Of a DNA stretch of 44,072 nucleotides, positions 25,271 through 36,023 are shown in pieces. This stretch comes from Candidatus Zapsychrus exili (lineage in GTDB: Bacteria > Omnitrophota > Gorgyraeia > Zapsychrales > Zapsychraceae): NCBI GenBank assembly GCA_030765585.1, contig JAVCCJ010000061.1, positions 1 through 44,072 of the forward strand, in the 5' to 3' direction. The notes under the pieces are model-generated. The model saw only the letters and a program-made list of their open reading frames with translations. It had not been told where the DNA came from and did no database searches. Numbering within the stretch: position 1 is the stretch's first letter; each line of letters opens with the position of its first letter. The translations under genes were made by a program, and so were the position numbers.

Positions 25271-28200
25271 TTATTTTTCAAAGCTTTGTTGCATTGCTTT
25301 GTACTTCTTCCACTTAATGTCCGTATCTTGTTGGGCTAAATCTAACAACTTTTTCGCTCTTTCAGGATTTGCTTTTGTAAGCATCTTAAAACGAGTCTCG
25401 CCATAAGCAAAGTCTTCAAAAGAAATTGTAGGGTCTTTTGAATCAAGAATAAAAGGATTTTCTCCCTTAGCCAGCAAATCAGGATTATAACGGAATAATG
25501 GCCAATGTCCTGATTGAACTGCTTTCTTTTGTTCATTTAAGCCTTCTGTCATGTTGATACCATGAGCTATGCAATGACTATAGGCTAAAATAATCGATGG
25601 GCCATCATAAGCTTCAGCCTCAATAAAAGTTTTAACTGTATGGTTATCATTTGCACCAAGCGCAACTTGACCAACATATATATTACCATAACTAACTGAT
25701 ATCATAGCTAAGTCTTTCTTTCCTAACGGCTTTCCATCAGCAGCAAACTTAGCAACAGCACCACGAGGTGTTGCTTTAGAAGCTTGACCACCAGTATTTG
25801 AATAAACTTCTGTGTCCAGAACAAGAACATTTACGTTCCTGCCTGCTGCAAGCACGTGATCTAATCCACCATAACCAATGTCATATGCCCATCCGTCACC
25901 ACCAAAGATCCAAACGCTTTTCTTTGATAGCATATCAACTAAACTTAAAAGCTGCTTAGCATCAGATGAATCATTTCCTTTTAATTTTTCTTTTAAAACA
26001 TCTATTCTTTTTCTTTGCTCAAAGATTCCTGGTTCATCAGTTTGATCAGCCTCTAGTATTGACTTAGCTAAATCATCTCCAATATCTGAAGATAACTTTT
26101 TAACTAACTCTTCTGCAAATTCTTTTTGTTTATCAACGGTTAACCTAAATCCATAACCAAACTCTGCATTATCTTCAAATAATGAATTTGACCATGCAGG
26201 TCCACGACCATCTTTATTAGTTGCAAATGGAGTGGTAGGAAGATTTGCACCATATATAGAAGAACAACCCGTTGCGTTTGCAATAATCATTCTGTCACCA
26301 AACAACTGAGTTGCTAATTTTACATAAGGAGTCTCCCCACAACCAGCACAAGCCCCAGAGAACTCAAATAAAGGTTGAAGCGCCTGACAAGTTCTAACAG
26401 TTCCCTTAGTAACTAAATTTCTATCAATTTCTGGAATATCAACAAAGAAATCCCAATTTTTATTCTCTTCTTCTCTTAAAGGAGCTTGAAGAGTCATATT
26501 AATTGCTTTCTTACCTTCAACTTCTTTATTCTTTGCAGGGCAAACAAAAACGCAAGCGCCACAACCTGTGCAATCTGAAACAGATACTTGAAGCGTAAAT
26601 TGCTTACCTGCCCAATCTTTGTTCTTTGCCTCAACTGATTTGAATGTAGCAGGTGCATCTTTTAAACATTCCTTATCATAAACTTTCATTCTTATAACAG
26701 CATGAGGACATGCAACACTACATTTTCCACATTGAATACATGTATCAGAATCCCAAACAGGAGTAGTGAGCGCTATATTTCTTTTTTCCCATTTTGTTGT
26801 AGATAACGGAAATGTTCCATCTTCTGGCATAGCACTTACAGGTAAGTCGTCGCCTTCGCCTGCCATAATTTTTGCTGTAACTTTTTGTACAAATTCAGGA
26901 GCGTCGCTAGACACAACCGGTGGCTGCTCTATTGTGCTTGTTACTTCCAACGGAACCTCTACTTGATGTAAATGTGCAAGAGCTTGATCAACAGCATTAT
27001 AATTCTTCTCTACTATTTCATCGCCTTTCTTACTATATGCCTTCTTAATCGCACCTTTAATAGCTACAATAGCTTCGTCTTTTGGTAAAACACCTGATAT
27101 AGCAAAGAAACAAGTTTGCATAATTGTATTAATGCGAACACCCATTCCTGTTTTTTCAGCTACTTCATACCCGTCTATTACATAAAACTTAACTTTTTTA
27201 TCTATAATCTGTTGTTGCACAACTCTTGGAAGTTTACCCCAAGCTTCATCTTTTGAATCTTGCGTATTAAGCAAGAACACTCCACCTTCTTTTATGTTCT
27301 TTAACATGTCATATTTTTCTAGAAATACTGTTTGATGACATGCAATAAAATTAGCTTCTGTTATAAGGTAAGTTGAATGAATTGGATTAGGTCCAAAACG
27401 TAAATGCGAAACAGTAACTGATCCAGCTTTCTTAGAATCATATACAAAATAACCTTGCGCATTATTATCAGTTTCAGTACCTATAATCTTAATTGAGTTT
27501 TTATTAGCTCCAACTGTTCCATCAGACCCTAAACCATAAAAGATAGCTTGAACTCCATCTTTATCTTCTGTTTTGAAGCTTGGATCATAATCTATACTTG
27601 TATTAGTAACATCATCTACTATACCAACTGTAAAATGATTTTTAGGTTCATCTTTGCTAAGCTCATCTAAAACACCTTTTACCATAGCAGGTGTAAACTC
27701 TTTTGATGAAAGGCCGTAACGTCCCCCAACTACTTTTACATCTTTTAAGCCTTTTTTAGCTCCCACTTCATTAAATGCATTAATTATATCTAAATAAAGC
27801 GGTTCGCCTGATGCACCAGGTTCTTTTGTTCTATCTAAAACAGATAACTTCTTAACAGTTTTTGGAAGAGCATCAATAAATAAATCAACTGAAAATGGTC
27901 TATAAAGTCTTACTTTTAAAACACCAACCTTTTCACCTGAAGCAACCAAAGCTTCAACAGCTTCTTGAGCTGCCTCAGCACCTGATGTCATAAGAACAAC
28001 TACACGCTCTGCATCAGGGGCTCCAACATAATCAAATAAACAATATTGGCGACCAGTAAGTGCTGCAAATTTATCCATAGCTTTCTGAACTATAGAAGGC
28101 GCTGCATCATAATATTTATTAACCGTCTCTCTGCCTTGAAAAAACACGTCTGGGTTTTGAGCTGTTCCGCGGATAACTGGACGATCTGACGATAAAGCAC

Positions 28201-28816
28201 GATTACGATGCGCAAAAACTAATTCATCGTCTATCATAGATCTTATATCTTCCTCAGATAATTGCTCTATTTTAGAAACTTCGTGAGAAGAACGAAAACC
28301 ATCAAAGAAATGTAAGAAAGGAATTCTTGATTCTAATGTTGCAGTATGAGATATCATTGCCATATCCATAGCTTCCTGAACTGATGCAGATGCAAGCATA
28401 GCGAATCCTGTTGAACGAGCTGCCATAACATCTGAATGATCACCAAATATTGAAAGCGCCTGACAAGCTACCGAACGAGCCGAAACATGAAATACAGATG
28501 AAGTAAGTTCGCCTGCTATCTTAAACATATTTGGAATCATTAAAAGTAGACCTTGAGATGCTGTAAATGTAGTTGTAAGAGCCCCTGTTTGAAGTGCTCC
28601 GTGAACAGTACCAGCAGCTCCACCCTCAGACTGCATTTCCTGTACAAGAGGAACTGTTCCCCATATATTATTAACACCTTGTGCAGACCATGCGTCTGAC
28701 CATTCTCCCATCGGAGATGACGGTGTAATAGGATAAATAGCTATTACTTCGCTGACTTTATGTGCCACATATGAAGCAGCTTCATTTCCATCAATTGTTA
28801 CTTTTTTCCTAGTCAT
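25271..28816 (-). CDS. nifJ: Pyruvate:ferredoxin (flavodoxin) oxidoreductase, single-chain
   Basis: YPITPSS, QSEGGAAG, GLGSDGTVGANKN, two CxxCxxCxxxCP ferredoxin motifs, SGACAGCGETPY and GGDGWAYDIG. Confidence 0.98.
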   Translation of the reverse strand: MTRKKVTIDGNEAASYVAHKVSEVIAIYPITPSSPMGEWSDAWSAQGVNNIWGTVPLVQEMQSEGGAAGTVHGALQTGALTTTFTASQGLLLMIPNMFKIAGELTSSVFHVSARSVACQALSIFGDHSDVMAARSTGFAMLASASVQEAMDMAMISHTATLESRIPFLHFFDGFRSSHEVSKIEQLSEEDIRSMIDDELVFAHRNRALSSDRPVIRGTAQNPDVFFQGRETVNKYYDAAPSIVQKAMDKFAALTGRQYCLFDYVGAPDAERVVVLMTSGAEAAQEAVEALVASGEKVGVLKVRLYRPFSVDLFIDALPKTVKKLSVLDRTKEPGASGEPLYLDIINAFNEVGAKKGLKDVKVVGGRYGLSSKEFTPAMVKGVLDELSKDEPKNHFTVGIVDDVTNTSIDYDPSFKTEDKDGVQAIFYGLGSDGTVGANKNSIKIIGTETDNNAQGYFVYDSKKAGSVTVSHLRFGPNPIHSTYLITEANFIACHQTVFLEKYDMLKNIKEGGVFLLNTQDSKDEAWGKLPRVVQQQIIDKKVKFYVIDGYEVAEKTGMGVRINTIMQTCFFAISGVLPKDEAIVAIKGAIKKAYSKKGDEIVEKNYNAVDQALAHLHQVEVPLEVTSTIEQPPVVSSDAPEFVQKVTAKIMAGEGDDLPVSAMPEDGTFPLSTTKWEKRNIALTTPVWDSDTCIQCGKCSVACPHAVIRMKVYDKECLKDAPATFKSVEAKNKDWAGKQFTLQVSVSDCTGCGACVFVCPAKNKEVEGKKAINMTLQAPLREEENKNWDFFVDIPEIDRNLVTKGTVRTCQALQPLFEFSGACAGCGETPYVKLATQLFGDRMIIANATGCSSIYGANLPTTPFATNKDGRGPAWSNSLFEDNAEFGYGFRLTVDKQKEFAEELVKKLSSDIGDDLAKSILEADQTDEPGIFEQRKRIDVLKEKLKGNDSSDAKQLLSLVDMLSKKSVWIFGGDGWAYDIGYGGLDHVLAAGRNVNVLVLDTEVYSNTGGQASKATPRGAVAKFAADGKPLGKKDLAMISVSYGNIYVGQVALGANDNHTVKTFIEAEAYDGPSIILAYSHCIAHGINMTEGLNEQKKAVQSGHWPLFRYNPDLLAKGENPFILDSKDPTISFEDFAYGETRFKMLTKANPERAKKLLDLAQQDTDIKWKKYKAMQQSFEK

Positions 28817-28885
28817 GATTCTTTTTCCTTTCTAAAAATAGGTGCCTAGCACCTACCGATCAATAATTCCTCGATTAATGCTTTC

Positions 28886-28913
28886 ATTATACTTATTATT
28901 AATATTGCGTCAA
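28886..28913 (-). promoter_or_regulatory. Sigma70 promoter of nifJ
   Basis: TTGACG (28913-28908), 16 nt, TATAAT (28891-28886). Confidence 0.65.
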
Positions 28914-28952
28914 CAGAAACTAATTAAAAACATACCGCCAAAAACAGACTTT

Positions 28953-29705
28953 CTATATCTTTTTTATTGAATTCTTTGCTGCCCAACCCATTTTTCCATC
29001 AGCACGTTTTATTTTAAACCAAAATCCTTCATCTTTTAATATAAACACTTCCACCCCTTCTGAGAGTGAAAAATGAGTTGTAGCTGAGTCTAATGGCTCA
29101 AATTTTGCCTCTAAATCACTTACAACAATAGCCTTATTCCTTTCAGATGTAGATTTTGAGATAAGAATAGCTACATTAAAAACAAAAATAATCGCCAATA
29201 TAAGTGTTATCGTTGTTATTTTTCTCTTATTTAAATGTAAATACATGCCTAAAAATACAATTAAACCTGATAAAATGTAGAAAAATAATAATAATTTAGA
29301 TATCTCATCAAGACTTAAATTATCTTTATATCTATCAAGAATCTTTAAAAAAAGATTTCTTGGCAAGACATTAGCATTATTCTTAACAAAAGAATTTACA
29401 TATTTACAATTTGAATCTAGGTCACTATCTCTTGGCATAAGACGCTCTGCACGTCTATAATTAAGAATTGCTATGCCAACTTTTCCATCTTTAAAATAGC
29501 TATTTGCCAAATTATAATAAAGCGGACCACTTACAAATCCATCTTTAACTATAGATTCATATGTCTCTGCTGCTTCTTTATATTTACCTTGTTTATAAAA
29601 ATCCCCTGCCTGATAAAACATAGCGTTCTTGCCAGTCGCATTGCAAACATTTGAGACAATAAGAAAAACAAATACTGCAATTACAATAAATATGGACCTT
29701 CTCAT
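28953..29705 (-). CDS. batE: BatE-like TPR/SH3 membrane protein
   Basis: Signal peptide, TPR (YYNLANSYFK...AILNYRRAERLMPRD), 2 TM and C-terminal SH3b (WFKI...GW). Confidence 0.88.
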   Translation of the reverse strand: MRRSIFIVIAVFVFLIVSNVCNATGKNAMFYQAGDFYKQGKYKEAAETYESIVKDGFVSGPLYYNLANSYFKDGKVGIAILNYRRAERLMPRDSDLDSNCKYVNSFVKNNANVLPRNLFLKILDRYKDNLSLDEISKLLLFFYILSGLIVFLGMYLHLNKRKITTITLILAIIFVFNVAILISKSTSERNKAIVVSDLEAKFEPLDSATTHFSLSEGVEVFILKDEGFWFKIKRADGKMGWAAKNSIKKI

Positions 29706-31483
29706 CTGAAATTCCTTTCAAAATAATCTATTATTTCTTCGCACGCTTTGAGATTTCCCTTTACTAATTCTAAATCTTGATTGGCAGCAGCAAATCGTAC
29801 CTCATCGCATTCTTTGAATAATTTTTCCAACCTGTTTATCACGTTTTCATCTACACCTTTATCATTAAGTATCTTTTTTAAATCAGAAAAAGTCATACCT
29901 GCCGCTGAAATATGAAACTTATCTCCAAAATATTCTGTAATAGTCTTAAAAACACAATCATAGCATTCCAGAGTCTTCTGATCATTCATTTTCTTCTTTG
30001 CTTCTTTCATTAACTCTCTTGCCTTCTTTGGTGCTTGTGTGCGTCGTGCAAAAGCAATGTCTGTTTTAAATCTATTACGTCTTAAACGATATAACAAAAG
30101 CGCTATAAATATAATTGTTATTAAAACAAGAATAGATTTAAAACTAAAGCTTTCAGAGAATAAATAACCTACACTTAAAAATTTCCCAGGTTTACCTTTA
30201 ATATATATGATATCTCTTCCAAGATCCTCTACTGCTATTGCTCCTGATAATCGCGGCAAACCTACTATTCTAAATTCATCTCCTTCTTCTGAAGGCAAAA
30301 TAGTTAAATCAAACGGGCCACGAACAATACTCCTATATTGTTTCAAATTAGAATCAAAATAAGAAAACCTAGCAATTGGAATTTTAGTTGCATTTTCTGA
30401 CTTAGGAATTAATACCTGCTCTAGAATTTTAACATTTCTTTCTTGTCGTATTTGAGGATCATAGGTCTTAAAATTATCGTCATCTTTAAAGTAAGGCATA
30501 TTGATTGCCGAAAGATCACCCTGACCCGAGACTTTCATAATAATAGTAATAGGATCTCCTACCTTAACCATCCCTGGGCTTGCAACAACATCAAAATCAA
30601 ATTGACCAACACCGCCAGAGAAATCTTCAGGCTTTTCATCTCCTGGAAGAGGCAAAACATTTAAAACGTAACCTTCTGATCTTACCTCAACTGGCCTTTT
30701 TTCATAACGATCAAAAAAGCTACCAAAGAAACTATCAGAAGATGATCTTCTTTTTCCCTGATAAAGAATATTAAAACCTAAACGTGCAGGTCCAAACTCA
30801 AGTCTACCTTCTCTTATAGAATACATCTTTGTATTAAATTCAATCACATCAAAACGTATTCCATCTATAACTTGAGTATATTGATTAGGCTGTTTATAAT
30901 CTTCGAAAGTAAGCCCAAGACTATCAAATTTAGGAAACTCGATATCTCTTGCAGTAAATCCTTGTATATAAAGCTTAACCGTAACAGGAACTTTTTCATA
31001 TAAATATATATCACGCTTTGGTACATCTAAAGTAAGTAATATTTTATCTTCCAAACCTGTTTTCCCTGATGATTGCGAAGATTTTGGCACTTGCGCTTTG
31101 CTTGAATCAATAACCTCAATTTTAATAGACTCTGAAGTATAAATTTCTCCTTCAATTTTAATGGACATAGAAGGTATGGTAAATATACCAATCTCAGTCG
31201 GATATAAAGAATAGTTATGAGTAGTTATTTTAGAATAGTTTCCGTTAACTACAGTTACTTGGGTGGAAGGGCCTAAGTATCTTGATTGAAAACCATTGAT
31301 TTCTGGAAGTCCTAAAGCATCTGATGTCGCACCATTTAATGTCAAACTTAAAGTTACAACAGAATCAAGCGTTGTTTTATTTCTGTCTACTGTGACCTCA
31401 AAACTTATGTCTTGCGCCAAGCAAACAACTGCCGAAAAAACAACTATCAAAAAGATTAAAATTTTATTTACATTTTTTGTCAT
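29702..31483 (-). CDS. batD: BatD oxygen-tolerance protein
   Basis: Signal peptide, S..V.VVNG, G.FTIP, F.GGVGQF and F.YFD motifs; position in the Bat operon. Start uncertain (31483 or 31522). Confidence 0.88.
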   Translation of the reverse strand: MTKNVNKILIFLIVVFSAVVCLAQDISFEVTVDRNKTTLDSVVTLSLTLNGATSDALGLPEINGFQSRYLGPSTQVTVVNGNYSKITTHNYSLYPTEIGIFTIPSMSIKIEGEIYTSESIKIEVIDSSKAQVPKSSQSSGKTGLEDKILLTLDVPKRDIYLYEKVPVTVKLYIQGFTARDIEFPKFDSLGLTFEDYKQPNQYTQVIDGIRFDVIEFNTKMYSIREGRLEFGPARLGFNILYQGKRRSSSDSFFGSFFDRYEKRPVEVRSEGYVLNVLPLPGDEKPEDFSGGVGQFDFDVVASPGMVKVGDPITIIMKVSGQGDLSAINMPYFKDDDNFKTYDPQIRQERNVKILEQVLIPKSENATKIPIARFSYFDSNLKQYRSIVRGPFDLTILPSEEGDEFRIVGLPRLSGAIAVEDLGRDIIYIKGKPGKFLSVGYLFSESFSFKSILVLITIIFIALLLYRLRRNRFKTDIAFARRTQAPKKARELMKEAKKKMNDQKTLECYDCVFKTITEYFGDKFHISAAGMTFSDLKKILNDKGVDENVINRLEKLFKECDEVRFAAANQDLELVKGNLKACEEIIDYFERNFR

Positions 31484-31505
31484 AATAGAACTAATTTTAT
31501 AATTT

Positions 31506-32420
31506 TTACCAATCTTTTTCAACTTCTATATATTTAATATTCTGAGGTATTAAATTAAGCAACCCCTTTGACTCTTCATTTTGCTGATAATTCTTAAGCA
31601 ACATCTCTGCTTCTTTTTCTGTCATCTCATTTGCACTTCCTTGGGCTGATTTTTCTTGCGACTGTTTTTGTCTTTCATCTTCATCTTGTTTGCTAGAACT
31701 TTGACCTTCTTCTTTCTCTTGATTTTCCTGCTCCTGTTCTTGACCTTCCTTGTTTTCACTCTCCTGCTCTTGTTGCTTTTTATTTTCTTCTTCGCCTTGT
31801 TCTTTATTCTTATCCTGATCTTCGCTTTGCTGCTGATTCTCTTGATTGCCTTCTTTATTTTCCTGCTCTTGTTTTTGTTGATCTTTTTGATTCTCAGAAT
31901 TCTCTTTATTCTGCTCTTTATTTTGCTGCTGTTGATTCTGTCTTTGCTGTTTCTCGACTAATCTCTCTAGCTCTTTTTTAACAAATTCATAATTATGCTT
32001 TGCATCCTCATCTTTTTCATCAATCTCAAACGATTTTTCATACGAGACCAAAGACTCCTTTAGCTTTGCAATAGCAGGCTCTATCTCTTTATCTTCTTTT
32101 GACAATCCAGACTTATACAAAGTATTTCCTAAATTATAAAGCGCTTGTCGCTTTAGAACATCCTCATCTGATAAGAGCGTTTGTTGAAAATACTTTACAG
32201 CCTCATCATATTTTTCTTGTCTGTAGTTTGCATTACCAAGATTAAAATTAACAACAGATGAATTAGAATCTTTCTCTAAAGCCTTATTATACACCTCCAC
32301 TGATGCCTTATAATCACCTTGTCCATAAAGTTCATTACCCTGTTTCACATCACCTGCAACTGATGCAAAAACTTTAGAAACCATAAACACAAAAATAATA
32401 ACAATAAATGTTTTTCTCAT
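31506..32420 (-). CDS. batC: BatC-like TPR protein with a Q/E/N-rich linker
   Basis: GNELY, FNLGNANY, YNLGN and DAKHNYE motifs; low-complexity linker; C-terminal KDW. Confidence 0.9.
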   Translation of the reverse strand: MRKTFIVIIFVFMVSKVFASVAGDVKQGNELYGQGDYKASVEVYNKALEKDSNSSVVNFNLGNANYRQEKYDEAVKYFQQTLLSDEDVLKRQALYNLGNTLYKSGLSKEDKEIEPAIAKLKESLVSYEKSFEIDEKDEDAKHNYEFVKKELERLVEKQQRQNQQQQNKEQNKENSENQKDQQKQEQENKEGNQENQQQSEDQDKNKEQGEEENKKQQEQESENKEGQEQEQENQEKEEGQSSSKQDEDERQKQSQEKSAQGSANEMTEKEAEMLLKNYQQNEESKGLLNLIPQNIKYIEVEKDW

Positions 32421-33418
32421 TTCCTAACGCCTATACCTATCAATGTTTCCCAACATAAAAATATCAATGCTATTAATAATGGAATTTGAAAACGATCAAA
32501 ATATCTTTTTTCCATAGTACTTTTTATTTCATGCTTCTCCATTGTAACAAGTCTTTGATCGTATATTAAATCTAAACCAAAACGTGCACCAGATGCATGA
32601 ACATATGTTCCGTCAGTCAATAAAGAGACTTCTTGTAAAATATTTTCATTTAATCTAGACTTAACAAAATTGCCTTGCTTATCTTTTAGAAATTCATAAT
32701 TACCCTGATTATTTCTAATTCGAATAAGCTCTCCATCTTTTGTACCTATTCCAATACAAAATATTTTAATACCTTGTTTTTGAGCTTCGCGAGCAGCATC
32801 AGCCACATTACCTTCAAAATCCTCTCCATCGGTAATAATTATCATTGCCTTATATTTGCCTTGAGCACTCTTATATGTCGCTATCCCTTCTTTAATAGCA
32901 GCAGCCAAAGACGTTCCTCCCTGAGGTATTGTTTCTGGACTTATATCGTCTAGGCTTAAAAGAAAACCGTGATAATCGACCGTAAATGGACACACCAAGA
33001 ATGACCCACCGGCAAACGCTATTAATCCTATTCTGTCGCCATGAAGTTTCTTAATCAAATCCTTTACAGCTAATTTAGAACGCCCCAATCTATTTGGTTT
33101 TACATCATCGGTTAACATACTTTTTGAAGTATCAATTGCAACCAAAATATCTAGCCCTTCTCCTTTTATTTCCTGCCATTTAAAACCCCATTGAGGACGC
33201 ATAAGCGCAAAGATAGAAAATAATAAAACTATTGATATAAAAATAATTCTCTTCTTTTCTTTTTTCTTTTGTAAATTTGGTGCAATTTCATCTAGAAGAT
33301 GTTTCTCAACAAACATCTCCCTCAAAGACTGTTTCTTTTTATTCATTAAACTTAAAAAAACAATCACAGGCACAATTGCCCAAATAAAATAAAATATATT
33401 CCAATTTGCAAATTTCAT
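32417..33418 (-). CDS. batB: BatB vWA-domain protein
   Basis: RPQWG, MIDAS DTSKSM, PNRL, ITDGED and SRLNE..L motifs. Confidence 0.92.
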   Translation of the reverse strand: MKFANWNIFYFIWAIVPVIVFLSLMNKKKQSLREMFVEKHLLDEIAPNLQKKKEKKRIIFISIVLLFSIFALMRPQWGFKWQEIKGEGLDILVAIDTSKSMLTDDVKPNRLGRSKLAVKDLIKKLHGDRIGLIAFAGGSFLVCPFTVDYHGFLLSLDDISPETIPQGGTSLAAAIKEGIATYKSAQGKYKAMIIITDGEDFEGNVADAAREAQKQGIKIFCIGIGTKDGELIRIRNNQGNYEFLKDKQGNFVKSRLNENILQEVSLLTDGTYVHASGARFGLDLIYDQRLVTMEKHEIKSTMEKRYFDRFQIPLLIALIFLCWETLIGIGVRK

Positions 33419-33420
33419 AG

Positions 33421-34419
33421 TTATGGTATTTGTAAAAATATAGTGTTTATCAAAATTAATTCTATAAAAAGCAAAGCAAGGGCCGCCAATAGAAAATATC
33501 CAAAAAGTTGCTTATATTCTCTATATCCTGTCTCCTCTATTTCTGTCTTCTCTAACTTATCTATTTCTTTATAAATTTCTCTTAAAGATTCAGTATCAGT
33601 TGCCCTAAAATATTGCCCTTCTGTTATATCTGCAATTTCCTTTAAAGTTTTCTCATCTAAATCAACTCGTACTTGCCTATATACTTTTCTACCAAAGAGA
33701 TCTCGGGTTGGAAACGGAGCCAAACCATTAGTACCTGCTCCAATGGTGTATATTTTAACTCCCAACGGTTTTGCAGCCTCTGCTGCTTTTAAAGGCTCAA
33801 CCTTACCTGCATTATTAACGCCGTCTGTTAAAAGAATTATTATTTTGCTTTTAGCTTGCGACTGATCAAGACGGCTTAAAGATGATGCTATAGAAGAACC
33901 TATTGCCGTGCCATCTTCCTTTATAAGACCTAATTCGATTCTCTCTAAATGACTTATAAGCCAATCGTAATCTGTAGTCAAAGGACATACCGTATACGCT
34001 TGACCTGCAAATACAACTATTCCTATTCTATCTGCGGTTCTTTTTAAAACAAATTCTTTAACTACGTCTTTTACTATGTTTAATCTATTAGTTCTTTTAC
34101 CTCTTAACTCAAAGTCTTCAGCTGCCATAGAACCGGACGCATCTACGGCTAATATTATATCTATCCCCTCTGTTGTTATTTCTGTTTTCTCTAAAACTTG
34201 ACGAGGACCTGCCAAGGCAACTAAAAATAATCCTAAAATAAACAAGCGCAAGAAAATCAAATTATTGCTTATCTTTGTTTTCCAATTCTTCTTTATTCCA
34301 ACAAGCAATGTCTTAGACGGAAATCTAAAACTAGGAAGCACGCTTCTTTTGCTAATTAAATAAATAGCTATAAGCACAATTGGGGCTAGAAATAAAATCC
34401 AAATGCTACTAAATGACAT
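33421..34419 (-). CDS. batA: BatA vWA-domain protein
   Basis: GIDI.LAVDASGSM.AEDF, DGTAIG, LLTDGVNNAG and YFRATD motifs. Confidence 0.93.
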   Translation of the reverse strand: MSFSSIWILFLAPIVLIAIYLISKRSVLPSFRFPSKTLLVGIKKNWKTKISNNLIFLRLFILGLFLVALAGPRQVLEKTEITTEGIDIILAVDASGSMAAEDFELRGKRTNRLNIVKDVVKEFVLKRTADRIGIVVFAGQAYTVCPLTTDYDWLISHLERIELGLIKEDGTAIGSSIASSLSRLDQSQAKSKIIILLTDGVNNAGKVEPLKAAEAAKPLGVKIYTIGAGTNGLAPFPTRDLFGRKVYRQVRVDLDEKTLKEIADITEGQYFRATDTESLREIYKEIDKLEKTEIEETGYREYKQLFGYFLLAALALLFIELILINTIFLQIP

Positions 34420-34426
34420 AATTTTC

Positions 34427-34521
34427 CTGACTATTGACTGCTGACTAATAACTACTGACTACTGACTAACCACCTTTAAAAGCTTTTGGTCAATTGTCGC
34501 TAGTCAATGGTCTTTGGTCTG
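34427..34521. repeat. Inverted pair of heptamer tandem arrays (CTGACTA-type)
   Basis: Six units (ctgacta ttgactg ctgacta ataacta ctgacta ctgacta, 34427-34468) face five degenerate reverse units (tggtcaa ttgtcgc tagtcaa tggtctt tggtctg, 34487-34521). Confidence 0.8.
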
Positions 34522-35029
34522 TTGTGGTTTCCTTTATAAATTTCTCTGCTAATAATGCTCCGCTATGTATTTCTTTCGCTGTTGGATCATATTTAGCAAA
34601 TTTAACCATATCTGACATATTTAAGAAATCTTTTAACAGCTCTTTATGCCCTTCTTCTAACTTATTTGATCTTTTTATATGCTCTAAAAACTCAGGAGTC
34701 GTCATTTCAGGTGCGCGAAGAGAGAATCTGTCCTCTATATATCGTCTTACAATTAAAGATAGTTCAAAATAATACTCTTTAACCATATCAGAAGACGGAA
34801 GATTTTTATCTATCAAAACTTTTAAACTTTCTAGGGCTATTTCCCAAGGTAATTTTATTATCTCTGGCTCTTGCTTCTTACCCCTATTGTTTAGGAAATA
34901 TCTTAAAATAATCACACATGCTATCAAAACAAATACAACAATCGCAATAATTACCAAAATATGGTTCTCTGGCAAATATACCGGAGGCTTTATGTCTCTT
35001 AGGCCTTCCTGTAAACCATTACTATTCAT
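34490..35029 (-). CDS. DUF4381-like Bat-operon membrane protein
   Basis: LRDIKPP, TM helix, YY.ELS.IVRRYIE.RF...EMTT.EF and D.VKFAK motifs. Confidence 0.85.
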   Translation of the reverse strand: MNSNGLQEGLRDIKPPVYLPENHILVIIAIVVFVLIACVIILRYFLNNRGKKQEPEIIKLPWEIALESLKVLIDKNLPSSDMVKEYYFELSLIVRRYIEDRFSLRAPEMTTPEFLEHIKRSNKLEEGHKELLKDFLNMSDMVKFAKYDPTAKEIHSGALLAEKFIKETTTDQRPLTSDN

Positions 35030-35035
35030 AACCTT

Positions 35036-35950
35036 TTATCCTCTTGAAATTCTTTTACGTCTTTGTTGAAAAAACTTAATTAATGCTTTCTCGTAAGGCA
35101 CATCTGTTGATACATCTATATGGTCTACTCCTGAAGAGCGAAACAAAAGATCGCGACTCTCAAACAGTGCCTTTGATGCCTGTTTAAAATATCTTTGAGA
35201 TTGTTTATCCGAGGAGTCAACAAACTTTAATTCACCTGTCTCTGCATCTTGAAAGTGTATCAATCCCAGCTTAGGCAATTCATTTTCTTTTGGATCATTA
35301 AGCGTAATAGCAATTAAATCATGTTTACGATTTGCAATGGACATTGCTTTCTTAAAACCAAACGAAACATTAAAATCGCCTTTCTGTTCTGTTTCCATAA
35401 AATCAGATACTAGAAAAGAGACTGTCTTTCTCGTTGTTACTTTATTTAAATAATCTAATGCAAGCGAGATATCAGTGCCGTTTGACTCTGGTTTAAAATA
35501 AAGGATTTCTCTAATTACGCGAAGAACGTGAGCAGTTCCTTTTCTTGGAGGGATAAACTTCTCAATTTTATCAGTAAATATTATAAGACCTACTTTATCA
35601 TTATTTCGTATAGCTGCAAAAGCAAGAACGCCTGCAATTTCTGCAGCAATAGTACTCTTTAATTGATTTGTAGTTGAAAACTTAAGAGACATGGACGCAT
35701 CGACTAAAATCATAACACTTAGCTCACGCTCCTCGACAAATTTCTTTATATAAGGCTTGCCAGTGCGTGCAGTTACATTCCAATCAATAAATCTTATATC
35801 ATCGCCATGATTATATTCACGCACCTCATCAAACTCCATACCTTGGCCCTTAAAGACACTGTGGTATTGGCCTGCGAACATATCGGTTACCATTCGATTC
35901 GTGGTAATCTCAATTTGACGGATTTTTTTAAAAATTTCTTTTGGAAGCAT
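35036..35950 (-). CDS. DUF58 family vWA-like protein
   Basis: G.YHS.FKGQGMEFDEVREY..GDDIR.IDWNVTAR and EEREL motifs. Confidence 0.93.
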   Translation of the reverse strand: MLPKEIFKKIRQIEITTNRMVTDMFAGQYHSVFKGQGMEFDEVREYNHGDDIRFIDWNVTARTGKPYIKKFVEERELSVMILVDASMSLKFSTTNQLKSTIAAEIAGVLAFAAIRNNDKVGLIIFTDKIEKFIPPRKGTAHVLRVIREILYFKPESNGTDISLALDYLNKVTTRKTVSFLVSDFMETEQKGDFNVSFGFKKAMSIANRKHDLIAITLNDPKENELPKLGLIHFQDAETGELKFVDSSDKQSQRYFKQASKALFESRDLLFRSSGVDHIDVSTDVPYEKALIKFFQQRRKRISRG

Positions 35951-35957
35951 ATTAAAT

Positions 35958-36021
35958 AAGGTAAAAGGTAAAATTTAAAAGGCAAAAATTTTTTCCCTTT
36001 ACCCTTTATCTTTTTACTTTT
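35958..36021. repeat. Inverted pair of heptamer tandem arrays (AAGGTAA-type)
   Basis: aaggtaa aaggtaa aatttaa aaggcaa followed by ttccctt taccctt tatcttt ttacttt. Confidence 0.7.
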
Positions 36022-36023
36022 GT

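Noticed and set aside
31640..31961. Low-complexity repeat-like DNA and the Leu/Phe-rich + strand ORF 31656-31961
   Set aside because: Explained by the Q/E/N/K-rich linker typical of BatC; the + ORF is its antisense shadow.
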